Below are positions 23,707 to 28,060 of a DNA stretch of 28,060 bases, in pieces. The position numbers and the translations under genes were made by a program. The notes below the pieces were generated by a model, which ran no database searches, was not told the DNA's origin, and saw only the letters and a list, made by a program, of their open reading frames with translations. Location of the stretch: positions 1 through 28,060 of IMG/VR virus record IMGVR_UViG_3300031811_000008. One strand, 5' to 3'. This stretch comes from a virus. Taxonomy: Duplodnaviria; Caudoviricetes. Numbering within the stretch: position 1 is the first letter of the stretch; every line of letters begins with the position of its first letter.

Positions 23707-26700
23707 TTTACCACTTCCTCTATTTTGCGGCCGTCGGGTAATATAGCGTATCCGGCGTCCTTGTATGCTTTTATAATTGCGGCGTGCTGCGAAGCTGGCG
23801 CGTGTATGGAATCAATATCGTCGATTAGCGACAGCGACGCCTTGAAGTTGGTTTCGTTGCCCGAATGTTCGGCGATCGAGGCCCACTGAGACGGCTTCGG
23901 CTTGCGGTTGTCGGTTACGTACTGCCCGGTGACGCGACCGTAAGAGTCTTCCGCGTACGGTATCGCGTCCATTCGCCGCAACGACGAGCCCTTAAAATAC
24001 ATATGGCCCGACGACATCTGGGCTCGCCGCCGGATGCGGGTAAAGAAGTAGCTCGCGCCCCCTGAGGTCATATCGGCCCCGGGCGACATTCCGCCAACCG
24101 GAACGCCGATTCGCATCTTCTCTACACTCGACGCCATTACGCCGTTGTTCGCCAAAACCTGTTTAAAGAAACCGCCCATTCCGCCGGCTTCATTCGCGGT
24201 CAAGTTGTGCTGTAATACGAAGTCGGAAACGTCGCCGTCGGTCACGTCGAACCGGGACCACGCGCGATACCCGGCGCTTGAGCCTGTGCCGTGTATGGAT
24301 TCGCGAAACACGCCCGAGGGATTGTATTCGGGAAGGTCTTTCAAGCTGCTCACTCCTGCGGCTTTAACCCTGTCCTTAATCGCTTTCTTTTTGCCCCAGT
24401 GTTTTACCATTGCCGCGACCCGCGTCGCTTTATCGGCCCCCTGCTCGTCGAGAAGCTCAATCATAGCCTTATAGGAGGCCGTAACGTGTTCCTTCGTCGA
24501 GTAAGCCTGTTTGGTCAGATACATAAGCTCGAGGTCGAGCGGATCCGATGCGGCACGTTCGAGGCCCAATTCGTCGAAGTGAGCGAGGGCGCGTTCGAGC
24601 ATGGCCCCGGAAGGCTTCTCGGGAATCATAACCTCGAGCGAGCCTTGTTTCGCGAACCAATCGTCATTTTGGTGGCCGATCGGACGGTAACGAATGCGGG
24701 TTCCGTCTTCGAACTCAATCGCGTATTGAACGCCCTTCTTGCCGTAATAGTCGGAGTGAACCTCTTGAGCGAGAAAGCGGTCGTCGGTGGCAACCAGCTT
24801 GCCCTTGTCCGGCCTGCGGTGGGTGACGTGAAAGTCCTCTTTCGTAACCTTCACCTTAGCGGCGGGCGGCGCTGCCTCAACCGCCTTGCCGGCGTCGGGG
24901 TCGAAAAGCTGCTTGCGCTTGTAGGGGCTGAACCCGAGCCCGCCCGCCACGTCGGGGCCAAAGTCATTTAAAGCGGTTTTTGCGCCGACGTTTTGGTCAA
25001 CGTCCTCGATCACCTTGAGGTACGCCTTCGCCATCGCCGCCACGTCGGGGTCAACATTGGAGAGCAGGGCGTTAAGCTGCGGCTTCAACCCGTGCATATC
25101 TGCAAGCGTCGATTGATTAAACTCGAAGTCGCCCTTCTTGACGTGCGAGTTCAACGTTATAACGGCCTGCTGGATGTTCGGCGCGAAGATATCGGCTTTA
25201 AGCGGGTCCCCGATTACCTCAGGCGCCGCGGTTGCCGTGGACGGTGCAATGTCCTCGATATCCTGGGCGTTGATCCACTTCATTATTTTTGCGTCGCCGG
25301 ACGCGCGGAGCTTGAGGTCGATATTCGTTCGCGTCTTGCCCTGGAACTCGTCGGCGAAGATTAGCGCCTTGAAGTCTTCCACGTCTTCGCCCCCAAGGTC
25401 GATAGAGCGCCCCTGGAAGCCATGCCCTTCGGCCGCGTCTGCAACCTCGGCGAAGGATTGCGGGATCTTTACGGCGGCCGTCGCTGGCGCTGCCGGGACC
25501 GGGGCGGCCTGCTGCCCAAACGTAAACGTGTCGTCGCCAAGAGCGCGGCGGTAATACTGCTCGAAGTCGGAGCGGAGCGAATTCTTCCGGGTGACCGCGG
25601 CGTCGAGGAATTTCTTTCGAGCTGCGGCGCTGTTAAAGCGGTTTGCGGCGTAGCCATCCAAGAGCGCGCGGTAAGTGTCGTCGGCGATCCCTTCGAACTT
25701 CTCGATCGCTTCGAGCGTGACGTTCGGGTCGAGGTCGAGGTCGCCGTCGCGGAGCCCCTTCATAAGCGTATTGTAAATCGGCTCCGACTCTCCGAACGCC
25801 GAGTTCGGGTGGTAATCGAAGTCGAGCTTGTCGTCGCCGAGGAACTTGAACGCCTGCCCCTTGTCGACGCCCACAAGCCGACCGTCTGGGAAGGTGATTA
25901 TCTGCCCCGAGTGTCCGTCGTGGTTTGATATCAGCCAATCGAGGACGTGCTCGCGCTGGACGACTCCCAGCTGAGCTTTCGTAAGGTCGGAAAGCGGAAC
26001 CCCCTTGAGCGTGCCGTCGGCGCCGTCTATCCAACGTTGAATGGATCCGGCGCGACCGTCGGGCATATTGACGAAGCGGGCTTCGGCCGCGGCGGGATCG
26101 ACGAGGCGCTGCATTTTATAGGCGAACTCGTCGGCCATGCCGCGGAATGTCGCCTCTTTTTTCGATACCGAGGGGAACGGCTTGAACATCCAGCGCGAAC
26201 CCAGAGGATCGAGCCAAAACTCCTTAGAGTGAGCGCCCCCGATGTTCGCGGTTCCCTGCGACTGCCAGCCTGCCTCGAATGTCGGGTCAATCACATGCCA
26301 GTTTTCGTCCACCTGAGCGAAGGCGTCGCCAGTGAGCGATGGCGGCGGCGCGGGTGCGTCGGGAACGATCGGCGGCGGCGGGTCGAGCTTTTCCTTGATC
26401 GCGTCGACGGCCTGCTTGGCCTTGGCCGAGCTTTTCCCGTGGAGCGCCCCGGCCTTGTATTTCTCGAGGATCTCGCCGGCCTGAACCGGGGTGATCTTCT
26501 TGGTCGTAACGAGCTTTTGATATTCAACGTGGAACGCGAGTATTTCGGGGTTCACCTTGTTCGCGGCCTCGTTTAGCGCAAAGGCTAAATCCCCTTCGAC
26601 GTTGATCGGGGCGAACGCGCCGGAAGTCGGCTTTGCGTCGAATATCTCACCCCCGAGCTTCTTAATTTTCTTCTGAACCGTGATAAGCTTTTTCGGGCCG

Positions 26701-28060
26701 AGCTTGCCCTCGCCCACTGAGAATAAGAGCGCGTCGTATTCCTCGATTTTCGCGACTACAGAAGAGGCTTTAATCTGGTCGGCCAGATCGCCAAGGAGCC
26801 CTTGTTTTGCGGCCAATGACCCCGGGGTAAAGAGTCCCGACTTCGACATGTCATTGAAAACGTGCTGCTTGTCCGCGAGTTGCTGCGCGAGGTCTTCGGC
26901 ATTCTCGGCGGTGACCCAGAGGTCCAAAGCCTCGAGCTTGTGCTTGTCCTTGGCCGCATCAATGGCGTTGACGTACTTGACCACGGCGTCGTCGAGGAGC
27001 TTCGCCCCCTCGGGGATATCGAGGTCTTCAACCTGCTTTATAAGCGGCGCCAGCGTTTTCGACTGCCCGAAGTGGAACACCTGCGGCGGCGCGGGCGTGC
27101 TGGCTTTCAAATTGGCCTCGACCACGTCGTCGACGAGGGTATCGGCGGCGTTCACGGTGAGGGCGTCGAACTGCCCCGCCAAGTCTTGAAGCTTGCCCTT
27201 CTTAACGACCGCCGTCGCAAGCTTCTTTTTCGCTGCCCACTCGGCCGCGGGTGCGATGGCTTGGAACTCGGTTAACAGCTTTTGAATGTGAGTATCGAGG
27301 GCCGCCGCGTTCGGGCTGGCAAGCAACCCGTCAATGTCCTTGCCCATCGTGGCCGCCTTGGCTGCCTTGGTGGACTGTGCGACTTCCTTGACCGCAATGG
27401 TCGCCGCTTCCTGTAGCGCCGCCTGAGCGACGACTGAGGCGGCCTGGGCGGCCTTCTGCTTGGCATCCTTGGTCGGAGCTTTCGCCTTTGCCGTTTTTGC
27501 GAGCCCGGCGCCCTGGAGTTCCGACTCGGGAACGTCTTCGAACCATTCCGCGCGCCCGGCGATCAAAACAGAGCGGCACAGATGGAACGGGCTCAACCGC
27601 GGCGGCCGGCCATAGATGGTATTATCCCACTCCTCGAGGGACATCGCTTTTTGTTGGGAAGCGTGCTCGCAGATGTACGTCGAGCGGGAATCCTGCGGGT
27701 TCGAATTGCGGAATACGGCCTCGTCGCCGATAGAGTCCTCGGCCAGCTGCTCGTGAGTCCGGTTTATAATGCGGGTCGACTCGATTCGGGCAATGGCCTG
27801 CGCTCGCTGCTTTATCGAGCGGTGAATAACCTTCCCCGTCGAGGACTTGATCGTAATCGGCTTTATGCGCCCGCCTGCAATCAAACGGCTTTTAAGCGAG
27901 TCGACGTTCGGGTTGTGGTGGTCGACCGGGATTCCTTCGACTACGGAGTCCATCATTGTTTGACGGAACCAAACGCCCACGTCGTCGCCGACGGTGTTCA
28001 TAATCTGATAGCCCGAGGTATATCCGACCTTGAGGATTCCCTTCTCGGCTACGGAGACGT
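23703..28060 (-). CDS. Giant MuF (phage Mu gpF / SPP1 gp7-like) head morphogenesis protein with kinase-like and putative ADP-ribosyltransferase domains; 5'-truncated
   Basis: Frame stays open past ATG 28001 to the window edge; RAQAIARIESTR..DSRSTYIC..PP..PFHLCRS (MuF); GGAHSK..WMFKP..E..GSIQ..DWLISNHDGHSGQ..VDKG (kinase); QHN..GGASYFFTR..NETNFK (ART-like). Confidence 0.85.
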   Translation of the reverse strand, partial: VSVAEKGILKVGYTSGYQIMNTVGDDVGVWFRQTMMDSVVEGIPVDHHNPNVDSLKSRLIAGGRIKPITIKSSTGKVIHRSIKQRAQAIARIESTRIINRTHEQLAEDSIGDEAVFRNSNPQDSRSTYICEHASQQKAMSLEEWDNTIYGRPPRLSPFHLCRSVLIAGRAEWFEDVPESELQGAGLAKTAKAKAPTKDAKQKAAQAASVVAQAALQEAATIAVKEVAQSTKAAKAATMGKDIDGLLASPNAAALDTHIQKLLTEFQAIAPAAEWAAKKKLATAVVKKGKLQDLAGQFDALTVNAADTLVDDVVEANLKASTPAPPQVFHFGQSKTLAPLIKQVEDLDIPEGAKLLDDAVVKYVNAIDAAKDKHKLEALDLWVTAENAEDLAQQLADKQHVFNDMSKSGLFTPGSLAAKQGLLGDLADQIKASSVVAKIEEYDALLFSVGEGKLGPKKLITVQKKIKKLGGEIFDAKPTSGAFAPINVEGDLAFALNEAANKVNPEILAFHVEYQKLVTTKKITPVQAGEILEKYKAGALHGKSSAKAKQAVDAIKEKLDPPPPIVPDAPAPPPSLTGDAFAQVDENWHVIDPTFEAGWQSQGTANIGGAHSKEFWLDPLGSRWMFKPFPSVSKKEATFRGMADEFAYKMQRLVDPAAAEARFVNMPDGRAGSIQRWIDGADGTLKGVPLSDLTKAQLGVVQREHVLDWLISNHDGHSGQIITFPDGRLVGVDKGQAFKFLGDDKLDFDYHPNSAFGESEPIYNTLMKGLRDGDLDLDPNVTLEAIEKFEGIADDTYRALLDGYAANRFNSAAARKKFLDAAVTRKNSLRSDFEQYYRRALGDDTFTFGQQAAPVPAAPATAAVKIPQSFAEVADAAEGHGFQGRSIDLGGEDVEDFKALIFADEFQGKTRTNIDLKLRASGDAKIMKWINAQDIEDIAPSTATAAPEVIGDPLKADIFAPNIQQAVITLNSHVKKGDFEFNQSTLADMHGLKPQLNALLSNVDPDVAAMAKAYLKVIEDVDQNVGAKTALNDFGPDVAGGLGFSPYKRKQLFDPDAGKAVEAAPPAAKVKVTKEDFHVTHRRPDKGKLVATDDRFLAQEVHSDYYGKKGVQYAIEFEDGTRIRYRPIGHQNDDWFAKQGSLEVMIPEKPSGAMLERALAHFDELGLERAASDPLDLELMYLTKQAYSTKEHVTASYKAMIELLDEQGADKATRVAAMVKHWGKKKAIKDRVKAAGVSSLKDLPEYNPSGVFRESIHGTGSSAGYRAWSRFDVTDGDVSDFVLQHNLTANEAGGMGGFFKQVLANNGVMASSVEKMRIGVPVGGMSPGADMTSGGASYFFTRIRRRAQMSSGHMYFKGSSLRRMDAIPYAEDSYGRVTGQYVTDNRKPKPSQWASIAEHSGNETNFKASLSLIDDIDSIHAPASQHAAIIKAYKDAGYAILPDGRKIEEVVK

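Larger units (their letters stand above)
1..28060. mobile_element. Tailed bacteriophage/prophage genome segment (siphovirus-like)
   Basis: Canonical gene order MuF-scaffold-capsid-connectors-tube-chaperones-tape measure-Dit-tip-fibre-holin on the minus strand; dense small hypothetical genes on the plus strand; no host housekeeping genes; no sheath gene. Confidence 0.97.

Noticed and set aside
7681-27733. Numerous + strand ORFs (e.g. 10978-11847, 15094-16404, 24291-24971) antisense to structural genes
   Set aside because: Shadow ORFs of GC-rich coding strands; Arg/Val/Gly-rich with no motifs and fully overlapping well-supported genes.
1-28060. Stop-codon reassignment, tRNA genes, integrase/att site
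   Set aside because: Genes are intact and tightly packed under the standard code with all three stops used; no cloverleaf or recombinase was recognised.

Overview
The whole window is part of a GC-rich tailed-phage or prophage genome. It is siphovirus-like: tail tube and tape measure genes are present, but no sheath gene. At left (1-5040, + strand) is an early/accessory operon of small genes, including a replication-loader-like protein, a Fis-like HTH protein, a MazG-like protein and a DUF5675-type putative cell-wall enzyme. It converges on a long minus-strand virion operon (20716 down to 5342): scaffold, P22-coat-like major capsid, connectors, tail tube, tail chaperone with a -1 frameshift, tape measure, Dit, tail tip, a low-GC tail-fibre cassette and holin-like genes. 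A five-gene + strand island with its own sigma70-like promoter (20841-22635) splits the head module. At right is a giant, 5'-truncated MuF/head-morphogenesis protein (>1450 aa) that appears to carry two effector domains in tandem, a HipA/PI3K-like kinase and a putative H-Y-E ADP-ribosyltransferase, followed by two coupled candidate immunity genes. Other notable signals are a 20-residue N-terminal leader ending in PIxGG|A shared by scaffold and capsid, a dispersed CGCTTTAAA motif (8 copies), a capsid insertion-like domain reused in the head-tail connector, and an exact 18-bp RBS+ATG direct repeat. No integrase, terminase, portal, RNA gene or CRISPR array was seen. All family assignments come from motif recognition by eye, not database searches.
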